Shown piece by piece: positions 1 to 13,700 of a stretch of DNA of 64,000 bases. This DNA is from Gnetum montanum (lineage: Eukaryota; Plantae; Gnetophyta), in the NCBI GenBank assembly GCA_015680685.1, contig MNCI01000596.1, forward strand, positions 150,603-214,602, read 5' to 3'. How positions within the stretch are numbered: the first letter of the stretch is position 1; every line of letters begins with the position of its first letter. Under the pieces are notes generated by a model. It saw nothing but the letters and a program-made list of their open reading frames with translations. It ran no database searches and was not told where the DNA came from. A program made the translations under genes and the position numbers.

Positions 1-230
1 GGCACTTGGAAAATATTCTATCTCCTGTAGAAACAAACTACAAGAGCTTCGCTACAACTAAAAAAAAGGTATTTCAAGGAGGCGGAAGACTCTCTTATTT
101 ATAGGCCGAAATAGGTGCTGCGTAAATGGGGCCACATTGACGCATGGAAGGATATGTCGATGGGGCTACGTTGACGCGGCCGCGTATACAGGGTCCTGTA
201 TACGTAGCCTAGTAAACGCAGCGACCAACA
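1..230 (-). mobile_element. Probable LTR end (partial, runs off the window)
   Basis: Minus-strand TGTTGG start at 230, minus-strand TATA-like CCTATAAATAAGAG near 92-105, GC-rich quasi-palindromic repeats 127-220. Confidence 0.45.
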
Positions 231-1472
231 AACACTTTATCAAACCCCAAAAAAATAAATAAGAGGCTAGAAAAAAAAGGCTAGCGGGATGCCCTTTTAG
301 GTTTTCATTGTTATAATAGCCAATCCTTAAAAATCTCCCATTTGGGGTAGTTAAAGGATAAGGCTTTGCTCTTGGTCAAAAGCACCCTCACAGGTTCTCA
401 CCTCTTACTAAAGGGTTTCTTATAAAGACAAGTAGAAACTCTAAAAGAACACATCAATTAGATTTGAAATTCCAAGTCATAAATTCAATTCTAGTAGGTG
501 TTGGAACCTTAGAATAATTATAATATAGTCCAATTAGATATTTGTAACTCAGCATTGCTCACAAGAATTGAACCCTTGATTTAGAGCTTTCAAATTAAGA
601 ATCTAGCTGTTGAATTAACAACTCATTATTTCTTGAGAGTTTTTTTGCTTAAAGCAAAAGCGATATCTTTGAGAATATGATATTTAACTATGAAAAGAGA
701 TCATAGTTATGCACAAGTACATGTTCCTTAGGTTTCACATATTCCTATTGTTGATTTAGATGATTTTCAATCAGTTCTTCATAATAAAAAACATTGAAGA
801 AGTCTATCTTACATGCCAAATCTACATAATGAACAACATATTCAAGATATTTTAATTGCTAATAGGTCAAGATTTGGAGATAATATCTTTTGATAATGTT
901 AATTCTATTGATAGGGTTGGGGCTTCCTCCCCTTTTACCCAATGTTAATCTTTTCATGGAATGTCCAATTTCCTATCCTAGAGAGAAGGTTTTTAAGGAT
1001 TGGTTGCAAGGATGAAAATCTAAAAATACATCCTCAAAATAGTTAGGCCTTTCCTTCTTATTGATTTAGAGTTTCTCTTCTATGTAGTCCTCAGATTTTG
1101 TACTCTCTATTTTTATTTTTAAATATATATGTACGAGTCCAACACCCCTCATAGTTATGCACAAGTAATCAAAAATACTTTACAAATAAAGTAAATAGAA
1201 AATAGAAACTAGACATACATGCTATCCATGTTAACAAACCTAATTATATTTATCATAACAATGATTGGACTCTTAATTTAAAAGTTTGAAATCACTGGAT
1301 CATTGCTTCGATTATAGTGGAAAAGTTAGAAATCACAATGAGTAATGCTTAGTACAGTTCTGGAACCTGCTAGAGGCATGCTCTCAAATTCGGCCCTCTT
1401 GCTTTTCATAGGTGCCTTTCCAAACAGTAATGGGGATTATGGATAAGAAACGCTTGTGAATTGCAGTGTGCC

Positions 1473-1727
1473 ATGGAGTTGTTCGCTTTTCCATGCTTCC
1501 CTACCTATTACTCTGCACTGGAATCATCATATGCAAGACGCGTGCTTAAATTCAGGGCTTCATCTTTACATGAATCGCCTTTCCATGCCAAACACTGGCA
1601 CACTAACACTGACTGGATAAAAATTAAGCAGATGTTGCTACAGGCATCCGCTGCTGCAAGCACTTCTCCGTCTGAATCACTCAAAAATGGAACCTGGGTC
1701 AAGCTCATCTGCGGTGCTAGCTTTGAG
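1473..1727 (+). CDS. ldpA: LdpA-like exon 1 (transit-peptide-like region + WVKLICGASFE)
   Basis: ATG at 1473 (ccATGG context) in ORF 1461..1817; donor GAG|GTT at 1728, phase 0. Confidence 0.85.
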
Positions 1728-4700
1728 GTTCCTAGTTTCGGCGTTTCTGTTTGTTTATTAATCCCCTTCACTTATTTTTCCTTGCATGTCTGTGTATGTG
1801 TGTCTACATATATATAGAATGACTTTGGTATATGCATAATTGCAGGACGTTGTGGATATCAGAAATCTTTCCATTGTTTATACCTTAGCCGGCGGTAATT
1901 CATCCAACTCAAAGCTAATAGAAATTGGCTTTTCCGTATTTTGTCCCTCGGAGGATTGCCTCACCATTATTACTAGGCTTCCGTTCATTTTTTATGCTAG
2001 CCAATGCTGTATGTCTTAAAAAATAAATTGCTGAGCAATGGACTTACTGATTCAATGATGCGCTTAGTAGTTCAAGAAAAGTTAGCAAAGCTGTCCATTG
2101 GTAGTCAATTTTGCGTTGAAATGGAACTTGTGTATACGGTTGCTGTATGTTCGTTCTGCTCGGGTTTAAGACTTAACTCTTTTTCTTCTTAATGAAAACG
2201 GAAATGCCGGTTTCTGTGGTGGCTGGAGTACTTTGCCCACATTAGAGTGCAAATCGCCAAATGCACAAAAAAAAAGAAAAAAAAATGTTCCCTGCCTCTG
2301 TAATATTTCAAGCCACATTGACAGCGTAGTTGTAACTTTTTGCTGGTAGGAATTTATCTGTTAATGTCTTGGTCTGATCAGATAGCAATGTGAAAATTAG
2401 ATTCCCCACAGGAAATGACATGCATTCATGAGAATTGTATCCTTGTTTGCAGTGGACTGTATTGACTGTGCAGCAGATGCTTCTGTTGTAACTGCTGTAA
2501 ACGAAGGAATAAGCATGGCCGAGAAGATTCGACATACACTGATTGCTGATGAAGTATTCCATAAGCCTTGGGTGATGATCAGTGTCAACGATGACGAGGA
2601 TGTTCACTTCAGAAAGGCATGTAGGTTTCATTGGTGGTGCCAACCCATTATCGAAAAGGACATGTTTCATTATTTTAAGAGTTTTGTTAATGCTTTCTTT
2701 TACATATGTAAGTTTAATTTACTATTCCATCAATAACATTCTTATGCTTTCCTCATTTCTTGTCTCTATGTCTAAGCTTTATCTCTTTTATTCTTAGAAT
2801 GCCTTATTTTTACGAACTAAAAATCAAACAATACAATAAAAAGTAATAAGTAATACCATAAGTAAAATAATTCATTCTAACTAGTTGCCCGGGGTTTTTA
2901 TGCATTTACAATAAGTTGAGTTTGAAAATACTTCTTATGCCTGTTTGGGATTTTAGTAATTCTCATCTATTATACGGTAGTAATTTTAACAGTCCAGTCA
3001 TGTTATTTTAGCAAGAGAATTTTCTCATAAGGTTTTTGAATCTAGCAAGTTATTTAGTGACTGTCTGCTAACCTTACCATTTCAAATTTACAATGTTAGC
3101 AAACTTTGCCAAGGGCAAGTGCAACGTCCATTACATTTTCTTTTATTTTTTATGTGTTCTGAAGCTATCGTTGATAAATTCTTGGAAATGATATTAAAAT
3201 TTTAATTTCTTGATTGGATTTGTTTCATTGACATGCAATTTTAGGACATATGACGCTATGAAAACCAATGAGATAGGGAGCATTGGTTAAATTTTGTTCT
3301 TGAACATGGTTTTGTCTTTTCTGTCGTGTGTGTGTTATTCCATGAAAATTACTCCTTACCAGATTTCGATCCAGAGGACTGTCCCCCAAACTGTTCGAGG
3401 CCATGCGAAGCTCTGTGTCCTGCTAATGCAATAAGGTTCAAGAGTAATGCTTCTTCCAATAAAGTCAACTTTCATGATGCATCTGGGTCTAAGTTTGAGG
3501 TACTTCTTGAAGCTCATGAAATCTGAATTCTTTCAAACTTCTTTGCTTTTCTTCACATAAATACTGTTTGCTCATTGCAGGGAGTGATAATAGATCGTTG
3601 TTATGGATGTGGTCGTTGTATTCCAGTTTGCCCTTATGACCTGATCAGTATGTTATCTAGTCTTTTTGTTTTCGTTGGAAAGTCTTAAGTGTTTCTTGCG
3701 ATATTTCAACTTGAACGTGATAAGACATATGAACAATACATTTCAAAATAATGCCTGTAATAGTATACGTTATTGTGCAACTGATGGAAAATTAAGCTAT
3801 GCTTTTATTGTTTCCAAGAATAAGAAATGCAAGGAATCTTTATCTTTGTTATCTTGAATGCTGTGTTTTGAATGCATGTGGAAGTATGTCTTAAGACATG
3901 GATTCTGCAATAAGTTTATCATTTTTCTTCAAACTTATGGTGTTCTTTGTTTGAGTTTCATGCCCTAGCACTGTCTGGAAGATGTCTTTTGCATAAGCAA
4001 TTGACAGAGCACAGAGATGCTGAGCAAATTTGTGTTCTTATCCTAAACTTACCCCTTCTGATTGTTTGATGGTGTGGTAGAAATTGACAATAACCTTATG
4101 ACTAGCAGTTTATAGAAGCTTTTCAGCTTTTTATGACAATATAATATACATAAAGGTTTCTATATGTCATATTGTTCTGGATTCACAATGTCACTGAGTC
4201 CAAAGGGTTCCAGCTTGTATTTTCAACTCTGTTGTGATAGTGAAGTAAAAGCTTTTCCTTGATTCTCTCTCCTTGATTTCCAATCAAGAAATTTGGAACT
4301 GTTGCTTCTTGACTGTGTTTAAGTAAGTGAGATTGATGAAATGTAACTAATTTTAATTTATTGTCAGTGATTGATAGTCAGTTAAGTTAGGCAGATCATT
4401 ATCTTTAACTGTGAGAGATGACTGATGTAATCTGTTGATTGAATGCCTAAAATTTTTGGGCTGAAGGCTATTTATAGAAGAGGGAGAGAGAGAGGTGAGG
4501 GATGTAGCGAGAAAAACTATTTCTCAAAAAGAATAAAAATCTGCCTAACTTTACCATGGTTGTTTCCGTTCACATTAAAGTGATTTTCCATGTAAATCTG
4601 TCTCTTATTTTGTGTTTGTTTGCTGTCAAGAGTTGCATAAGTAAATTTATTTTTCACTTCTAGGTTTCAGTTGCAACAAGTAGTATCAGAGCAAGGTTTG

Positions 4701-7700
4701 CTGTATATTGTTGGCTGTATATCATAGCAAGTTGAGTTGAGGGAAGGTTTCTAGGTTTCTTATCTCCTTATTATTCACAAATATTGAGGTAATTCATAGA
4801 TGTTGGTATCATGAGTGTGAAAGAGAGCTCTTGAGTGTGGAGAGCTTAGCAAGAGAGGGTGTGAGAGTACATTGAGTGAGTGTAATAGGTGATTGTAGCT
4901 CCAAGGTCAATTTGTGGTGTGTTGGCTTGTGTGTTCTAATTTCTTGTATCTTACTTGTGAGTCAAGATCTTAGTCCCAGGTTGTGGGAGAGATATTCTAT
5001 TGGTTGTGTCTTACATTGAGAACAACCATTGTGTGGTTGTAGACCCTCGTGCTTTACAATATTGTTTAAGAGTGAAAGGTTTTGGTTGTTTGTGGGTTTA
5101 GAGAATCTTGTTGTGATCTTCTAATCAATTAATTAAAGATAGTTAGTTTCTTATTTTCTAGCAAAAAGTTTTGTCTTTGTATAATATTTGGATTTAGTAT
5201 TTGAAGGTGATTAATTAGTGGAGTGAACTTGCTCCAACATTATTGCATTGGAGCTTAGCTCTGTATTTATTATTACTTGGAATTGGTTGAGGAATTTGTC
5301 AATTTCAGATGGCACCTAAGAAGAAACAGGTGCAAGCATTGAATAGATACATGCAAAGCATGAAGTTTGCCTTCTAGATGATGATGCTTGGTTAGATGCA
5401 ATCAGTGCAAAGGTAGATAGGAATGTCGATCCTAGTCGTATCTAGACATGTGGAGGTGATGAGCATGTGCAGTTAGATGAAGAAGTTTCATAGCCAAGTG
5501 GAGATGGAGCAGATGAAGAGGAAGGACGATCTAGCTATGGGAGTGTATTCATCAAATGAGAATTCCGAGGGCTTCAACGATGGTAAATACTTCTTCTTCA
5601 GGCAAGCTTGACAAGGAAGATGAGGCAAGGCTTGCTAGAGCATTTAGAAATGTTGCAAGATTTCCATACGTGGTGTTGAAGACTTTCAATGGTGTAGATG
5701 GCACCAGTGCTTTTGCAAATTGGTTGAAGGCACCGAATAACTTGAGGGTATGTATTGTTGAATCCAGATTAGAAGGTATGGCTTCTACTTGGTGGGAAAA
5801 TGAGTCCCAGGGTTATGAAAGATGAAATGGTCAACCCATCAGAGATTGGGATTTGATGAAAACATGTTGAAAAGAAAATTTGAAGTCTTGTTAGAGATAA
5901 GAAACCATTATGAAGTTAAAATTCCTAACGCAAGGTGACAGGGGTGTCAAGGAATTCTACATTGAATTTTTTGATCTATTCGATCAAGCTAAGGTAAATT
6001 GGGAGGAGTATGAACAAGCTTCAATCTTTTAGGAGGTCTCAAAATGATGTATCAATAGGAGTCGTCTTTTTATGAGCCAAAAACTCTTGATGAGGCTTAT
6101 TATTTCACACTCAAGGTTGCAAAAAAATTAAGTAGATTTGAAAAAAGGAGCAAACAAACTTTCAAGGGAAAGGAGAAAGGATCCAAATTTGAGAACGGAT
6201 CGAAGTTCAAGTCCAAATTTGAAGACAAGGATGACAACCATGACAAGAAGATTGAAAGAGGTGATGAGAAGGGCAAAGCTAAGAAGGACCAAGGCAAGGG
6301 AGTCAAGGGTCAAGGCAACAACTTATCAAAAATTTAGTGCTTCAAGTGTGGAGAATGGGGACACAAGCAATGGGAATATTCATTTCATGAGGCAGTCAAG
6401 GGCAATGATGCACAAACCATGGAGGTGGGGGAGACATCAAGCCAAGGTCTTCAGAGAGGTAATTCTAATGCTTCAAAAATTAATAATGTTTTTGAATTAA
6501 ATTCTTGTGCATTCATTGGGCGTGTGAATATAGGAGAACACCTTAATAAAAAAATGTTATTTTAGATTGGGGATAGATGTTTGCTTAATGGGGAATGGAT
6601 TGATGTTTTGATTGATGGGAGAGCCCAAGAAAATGTTATTTTTTCTAGGGTAGTTTCTAGATTGGGATTGGTAACTAATCCTCATTTGAGACCATATAAA
6701 GTGCATTGGTTGTCTAGAGATTTTTCTCAAGAAGTGAGGGAGCAATGTCCTCTTAAATTTAAAATTGAAGGTTTTCATGAGGTTGTGAAGTGTGATGCGC
6801 ATCCAATAGATTGTGTTGATGTATTTCTTAGTAGACCTTGGAATTTTGACAAATGTTGCTCAATTTGACGGAGCAAGAAATGTGTTGTGTAGCTAGACCT
6901 AATGGAATCCATGAGTTGATTCCCATGACAGTTGAACAAGTGAGGCAGCAAAGTTCACTTAATGCTTCCTTAATTCTAAGAAAGAGGGAATATATTAAGG
7001 AACATGATGAAATAGGTTTTGGTTTTGTTGTTATGACAACAATTGCTACTAACCATGATGATGTGTAGGTTGAACTTCCAATAGGTTTGCTAGACTTCAG
7101 GGAGAAATTCCTAAAGGTGTTAAAGGAGAAGAAGAAAGGTTTGGTGAAGTAGAGATTAATAAGAAAAGGAATTCTCAAGCATCTCTTATTGAGCAAGGGA
7201 GTGTTCAATATTCAAAAGTTTCAGGAGAGGGAACCAAGGGCTTCATCAAAGGGACCAAGAGATCTTCATAGTTCAAGATGGTATATGTTGCTGATCAAGG
7301 AGAGTTCCTACCTCATAAGTTATGAGAGGTGAAAGATCAAGGCCAAAGGAGTGGCAATGATCAAGGGACTTATTAAAGAAGGATCAAGGGCATCAAGAGA
7401 GGGTCTGATACTTGTTCTTTGTGTCATTGTTCTATACCTTGTGGCAAGGGAAAGGAGATTCTTTGCCAAGTTGAGACTTTCTCATGGGAGGGAGGTAAGT
7501 CTTCTAGCCAAAGTATGTGGAAGAATTATTACCTTGTAATATTCAATTCATGGAGGAGAATTTACCTTTTGAGTTGATTCCTCCAAAGTGCGATGTAGAA
7601 GTTGTTGATGATTCCTTTGTAGAGGAGAAACCAAGGGAGTGGGAGACTCCTATGTGGAATCTTGAAGTTTTAATCTTTGATAAGATCAGACAGCCACATA

Positions 7701-10700
7701 TTGAAGATCAAGTTGAATCAAAGATGGATAGGAGAAGCCATGAAAAGGTAAGTGAGTCTAAGCTTTACTTGGTCGATGGTAGTAATGTCTCTTACGTGGA
7801 AACTAGTGTGTTGGATGCTAGTTTTTCACTTTAGCTTGGTAGTGGTTTATTCCATTGAAGATGAGCATCATCATGATCATTGTGGTGATTGTGATAAAGT
7901 TGTGAGTTATGTTGTGCATGATGGATGCAATGTAACTTTTGATGCCATTGTTGATAAGAGCAAGACTATAGTGGTAATATGTCTGATTTTGTATTTGGTA
8001 ATGATGGCTATAGCAGTAGTCATAATGAGAAGATCATTATTGATGTGGATGTGGACATTGATAGTGATCAAATTGATTGTCTTGGCTGTGAAACGGATGG
8101 ACAACATGAATGTAATCTATTTTGTGATTTTGATGGTGGAGGAAGGATAAGTGAGAGACTTCCAAACACCAAGAAGAAGATGAGATTTGATGGCGAAGCT
8201 CAACTTAGTGTTGATTTTGTGCAAGAGATGAGGGATCTTATGCACAAGTAAAATTGGATCCTTAAAAGAAGGTTGAAGAGAGAGTCCTCAAGAGGAATGA
8301 GGGCAAACGGAACCTTAATTTTGTTAGTGATTTGGTTTGGGTGCACTTGAAGAAGAAGTGGTTGAGAGGTGTTAACTTTTCTAAGTTGAAAGCCAAGAAT
8401 ATAAGACCTTTCAAAATCAAGCCTAAGATCAACGATAATGCTTTTGAGATTGATTTACCAAATGATGTTGGTATGTCTTTTGTGTTTAATGTTTCAAATC
8501 CAATGCACTAATCATGGGCCAGTTGATGAGGAGACCATACAAGGTAGCATCAATGATTTGAAGGGGGTTATTGATCAGTCCAAGCCTTCAATGGAGAGGA
8601 AGACAATTGTACTCAAGTGGAGGGAAGCTTCTAGCACTCGGGGAGTCAAGAGGCATGAATATTTGATCCATTGGGAGGATTAGTTTATGGATGATGTTGA
8701 ATGGGTCCTTGAGACCAAATTTCATGAGTGGGGAAACACTTCAACCCTTTGCTCCCTTGTTCACATGAGTTCATTTTTTGAAGGATGGGAGAGTTGGTGT
8801 AGGGACACCTCTTTTGATCCCCTTGTTCTTTCCTACGTGTATGTTTTGTAGGTTTCAGGCTTTGTGGAGATGTCTTGTTTGGGAGCTAGAACTATGTAGG
8901 AGATGTCTTGGCTTTAGAGGAGATGTCTCATCCGAATGTGAGACTTCTCAAAGGAGACATCTTGTCTTGAGAGGAGACGTCTTAGGGCAGATGTCTTCCC
9001 AAATTGGGAGAAGTTTCAGGCAAGACATCTTGCCTCAAAAGGAGATGTCTTGTCGAGGAGGGAGATGTCTCCCAAAAACAACAAACATCTTCTTTGAAAG
9101 CTGGTTTTGATAAGAGATGTCTTCCCAAGGCTACAGATGACCTGTACGATTGGGGAAATTACCAAAAATTGCTTGTCCCAATTCTGGAAACAACCAGGGT
9201 AAGTTGGAAAAGTATGGAAACAACTGAGGAGAAGGCGAGAAGACCATGGATCTGAAGAACCTCAAGTTGAGTTGAGGAAAGGTTTTTAGGTTTGTTGTCT
9301 CCTTGTTGTTTATAAATATTGATGTAATTCACAATTGTTGGTACCATGAGTGAGAAAGAGAGCTCTTGAGGGTGGAGAGCTTAGTAAGAGAGGGTGTGAG
9401 AGTACATTGAATGAGTGGAATAGGTGATTGCAGCTCCAAGGTCAATTTGTGGTGTGTTGGCTTGTGTGTTTTAGTCTTTTGTGTCTTGCTTGTGAGTCAA
9501 GATCTTAGTCTCAGGCTGTGGGAGAGATTTTCTATTGGTTGTGTCTTACATTGTGTACAACCATTGTGGGGTTGTAGAGCCTCATGCTCTACAATATCGT
9601 TTGAGAGTGAACGGTTTTGGTTGTTTGTGGGTTTTGAGAACTTTGTTGTAATCTTCTAATCAATTAATTGAAGATAGCTAGTTTCTTTTTTTCTAGCAAA
9701 AAGTTTTATCTTTGCACAATATCTGGATTTAGTATTTGGAGATGATTAATTAGTGGAGTGAACCTGCCCCATGAAGCTCCCATCATAGAGGAGGCAGCAA
9801 AGAACCCTCAAAAAATGTCCCAAGAAGAATAGGATAAATTGGATCAAAAAGCTTTGTCTTTGATCAGACCTTTCTTGTTTGATGAAAAACTGTATAGAGT
9901 TGTTGATGAGAGTACAACAGAAGGCTTGTGGAAAAACACTAATCAAGCTGTATGAACAGTGATTGGGAGCAAACAAAGTTTTTCAAATGAAGAGATTATT
10001 CAAGTTGAAGATGAAGGAAAATAGTATAGCGATTCAACACTTCTTTGAATTTAATAGTTGTTTTTCACAGCTGAAATCATTGAAGGTAGTGAAGGTAGTG
10101 TTGGATGATGAAGCTAAATCATTGCTGTCAATCTTTTCTCTCACAAATAGTTGGGAAACAATATTTACAACAATTAGTGCAGCATGTGCAATACTAGATT
10201 TTGATACTGCCATGTCATCCTTATTAGATGTTGAAAAGGGAGGTGACCATGCCATCAACATCATCTTGATGAGAGGCTTTAAATATCGAAAATAGAGGAA
10301 GATCACAATAGCAAGCAACTCAAGGTAGATATGATGCTAGAAGCAAGAGTAGGCCACATTCACAAAGCAAAGAAAGTGGTTGTTGGTATTGTCTCAAGCG
10401 ATGTCATTTGAGAAGAAGCTGTTGTGTTCTAAAGGAGAAAAAGAGCAAAGGAAAGAAGGCTGCTCTCCAAGAATCATCTAGTAACCGAAGTAATGGTGAA
10501 GTTGGTGTGACTTTGATTACTATTGATGATACTTTGTTTAAAAGTGAGTTTTGTCACTTTGATGAATGGATAATGGATTTTGGAGCATCATTTCATGTAT
10601 GTCCATATAAGGAATATTTTAGGACATTTACAGAAGTTGAAGATGCCCATGCTCATTTGTGTAATGAACGTGAATGCCCAATTAAAGGTATTGGTGATGT

Positions 10701-13700
10701 GTTGATCTAGTTGGATGATGGGAAGCATTTAACTCTTCAAAATGTTAGTTGTGTACTTAATTTAAATGAAATCCGATTTTAGTAGGATAGTTAGATGCTG
10801 TTGCTTTCAAAACTATATTGGGAGAGGGTTCTTGAAAGATCACAAAAGGAATCATGACTATCTTGAAAGGAGAGCAAAGAGGCTTTTTGTATGTACTAAA
10901 AGGACCTTGGACAAATGGGCATAGCATGGCAACAAAGGACCCTAATGAAGATCTTCAGCTTTGACATTCCAAGATTGGACACTTGAGCAAGTATTGCAAT
11001 ATGAAAACCTTATTCCTAAATTTCCTTTAGATGCATTTTCATTTTGTGAAAATTGTGTTATTGGCAAAAGTTATTAGAGTTTCCTTTAAAAGAAATGAAT
11101 CCCATAGGAAGAATGGTTGCTTAGAGTTTATTCATTTTGATGTTGTTGGTCTTATAAATCCTATGTTGTTTAATAGTGACTATTACCCCATAACCTTTAT
11201 TGATGATTATTTTGGTAAATGTTGGTTGTATGATATGGAAAAAAAGATAAGGCTATCAATATGTTTAGATTGTTTAAAGTTAAGGTTGAAAATGACTCCA
11301 ATAGAAAGATTAAGTATTTACACACCTATAATGGAGAACTTTGTTCCAATGCCTTTGAGTAACTTTATTGTGAAGTGGGCATCAAACATGAAAGGAGGGT
11401 CCTTGGCATACCACAATAAAATGAAAGGTACAATAGAACAATCCTAGATAGGATTTGAAGCATGTTAAAACATTCTGGATTACCAAAATATTTTTGGCAT
11501 GAGGCTGTAAAAATGGCTATGTAGTTGTGATGAACAATAAAAGTGTCATTTTATAAGGGCTTAGTTGACACTGATGCTTTGACTTAGCTTCATTGACTAA
11601 GCCTTTGTTGCGTTGATGTACTTACAAAAAATGCTTATAAATATGTTCACTTGTCGTGGCTATGCACCATTCAGTCATTCCTTTAGCGAAATTTTGTTAT
11701 TTTGAAATTGTAGAAGTTAGAATTTTCTGACCAAGTGCTTGCAACATAGATTGAAAGATTGTAAGAAGTTTTATTTGATTGCTTGATGTACCTGGACATA
11801 TTTGCATTATGATAATAAAATCCAGATTTGTCTTATCTATTTCAGCACTTGGCTAACTTCTTTTATTGCAATTTACTTTAAGCATTCTTTTACTTTCAAT
11901 GCAGGTAGTTAATTATTTTCCTTCATGGCGCATAAGTAATTCTTATGAGTATGATCGGTTTTGAGTATAAACGTACTAATGCTTGGTCATCCCAATAGTG
12001 AAACACTTGGTAACCCAGTAATGTTGGCACATATTCCAGATGTGTATGACAAAATGGGAATAGATACTTTATGCTTATGCTAGATTAGATTTATTTTCTG
12101 CACTTTGGTTAATTCTAATATTTTAATGTTTTTAAGATTGTAATAATCAAATCAGATCATTTGCCTCAATCACCTTGAATTAAGCCATATGTGATAAAGC
12201 TACTACTAGTCCAAGTGGGAAGAGAGCGATTTGCAATTTCATGTTCAACTCTCTAGATGCTACTCTAGGCCCATATAGGGAATTTGATTGGATTGCGTGT
12301 AAACACTTATGATCTGTATGGTTGGGCATAAAGAACACTATACCCCTCATCATTGGCGCTATTATTGGGGATGGTGCTAGTGATCTAGATTAGTTATACT
12401 ATTGCTGTAAAAGCATTAATGATTTATCTTTTAGAAAACATTAATATTTTAAGTCACACACATTAGTGACGAAAGCATGCTGTCTTCACACAGGATCTAT
12501 AGCCTACCACACAATGAGAACATTGGTAGGGGTAATGATAAGATCCACATTGAAGAGAATTGGAGTTAACCACAAGTAGCGGTCTCATATGCTCATTCTG
12601 ATCCTTACCACATTCAAAGAGTATGTACAGCTGTTGCAGATAATCCATAGTTGATCAATTGTCAGAAATTCGACTTGTATATAGACCAGCATATACAACT
12701 ATCAATATAATAATGCATAACAAAGAAAATTATATGATATAAAGAATGGCCCAAGGATCTAGCAAGAAGAGAATGCCAATACGATGATTGACATCTCTTA
12801 ATACATTATGCATCCAAGGTGTGGTACAAAAATGAAAAATCTAAAACTTAAAATCATATCTGTAGCCTTCTAGTTTAGCAAAAAGGCCAATTAATTTAAT
12901 CCCTTCACTTAGTAGTCTTAAATTATGCACAACCAAAATGTGATAAGTCATAAGTCAAACTCAAGGAAAACATACTATTCATATAAACTACAAATTGAAA
13001 TACAAAATAATACAACAATCTCTACATTTATTCACAATATCTTTGCCATGGGCTCAGCAAGCAAGAAAATCAGAAACTAGATAGTGCACACTAATAAACT
13101 TGGTTACACAAATAGCAGGGCAGAAAGCAGAAGAATCCCATGACACAGTGCTTCATAAATCAAATTATCAAAACTCTTAACCAAAGAATAAAAAGCTACA
13201 TTTAGTGTCGGTCAACAAAACATGAGCATAATCTGATTTTGGTTTAACCATTGCTGATAAGAAATAAAATAGATGCTGTTCATCAAGAGACTTGTCCAAC
13301 CCAACAGTTGGCCACAAGAAATGTATAAATCAATAATCTCAATTCATTCAATTGCATGATAAAATTATTTATTTTCTTTCAGCATCCTTCGCAGTAAAAA
13401 TCATTTCAAATCAACTTTGCTAACCTGAAATAATAAAATGCACACCACTGACATTTAATCAGCCTATCCAATTTACCAATAATAGAAAATAGAGAAATCA
13501 CCTACATTTAATAACCATAATTTAACATCACTAACATTTAATAATCATAAATTAAGATCCTAGATTTCCTCCACTCCATTGGACTCATAGAATGATAAAA
13601 AAATTAGACTTGTGAAGGTACACAAATAAGAATCGATTTCAATTCTAGGATTAAGCATTCAAGGGGATCAAGCCAATTTTCCAGCCAAGAACCAAGAATT

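Noticed and set aside
1508-2670. Minus-strand ORFs 1508..1771, 2308..2670 and 2397..2588
   Set aside because: Antisense shadows of LdpA exons with no recognizable motifs.
2616-3362. Non-canonical intron 3 (GC donor AAG|gcatgt, or U12-type given tccttac near the acceptor)
   Set aside because: The GT at 2621 with AG at 3362 keeps frame (KAYFDPEDC); the GC donor has no in-phase acceptor and there is no U12 5' consensus.
4681-4692. tRNA-like sequence
   Set aside because: Only a primer-binding site complementary to the tRNA-iMet 3' end; no tRNA gene.
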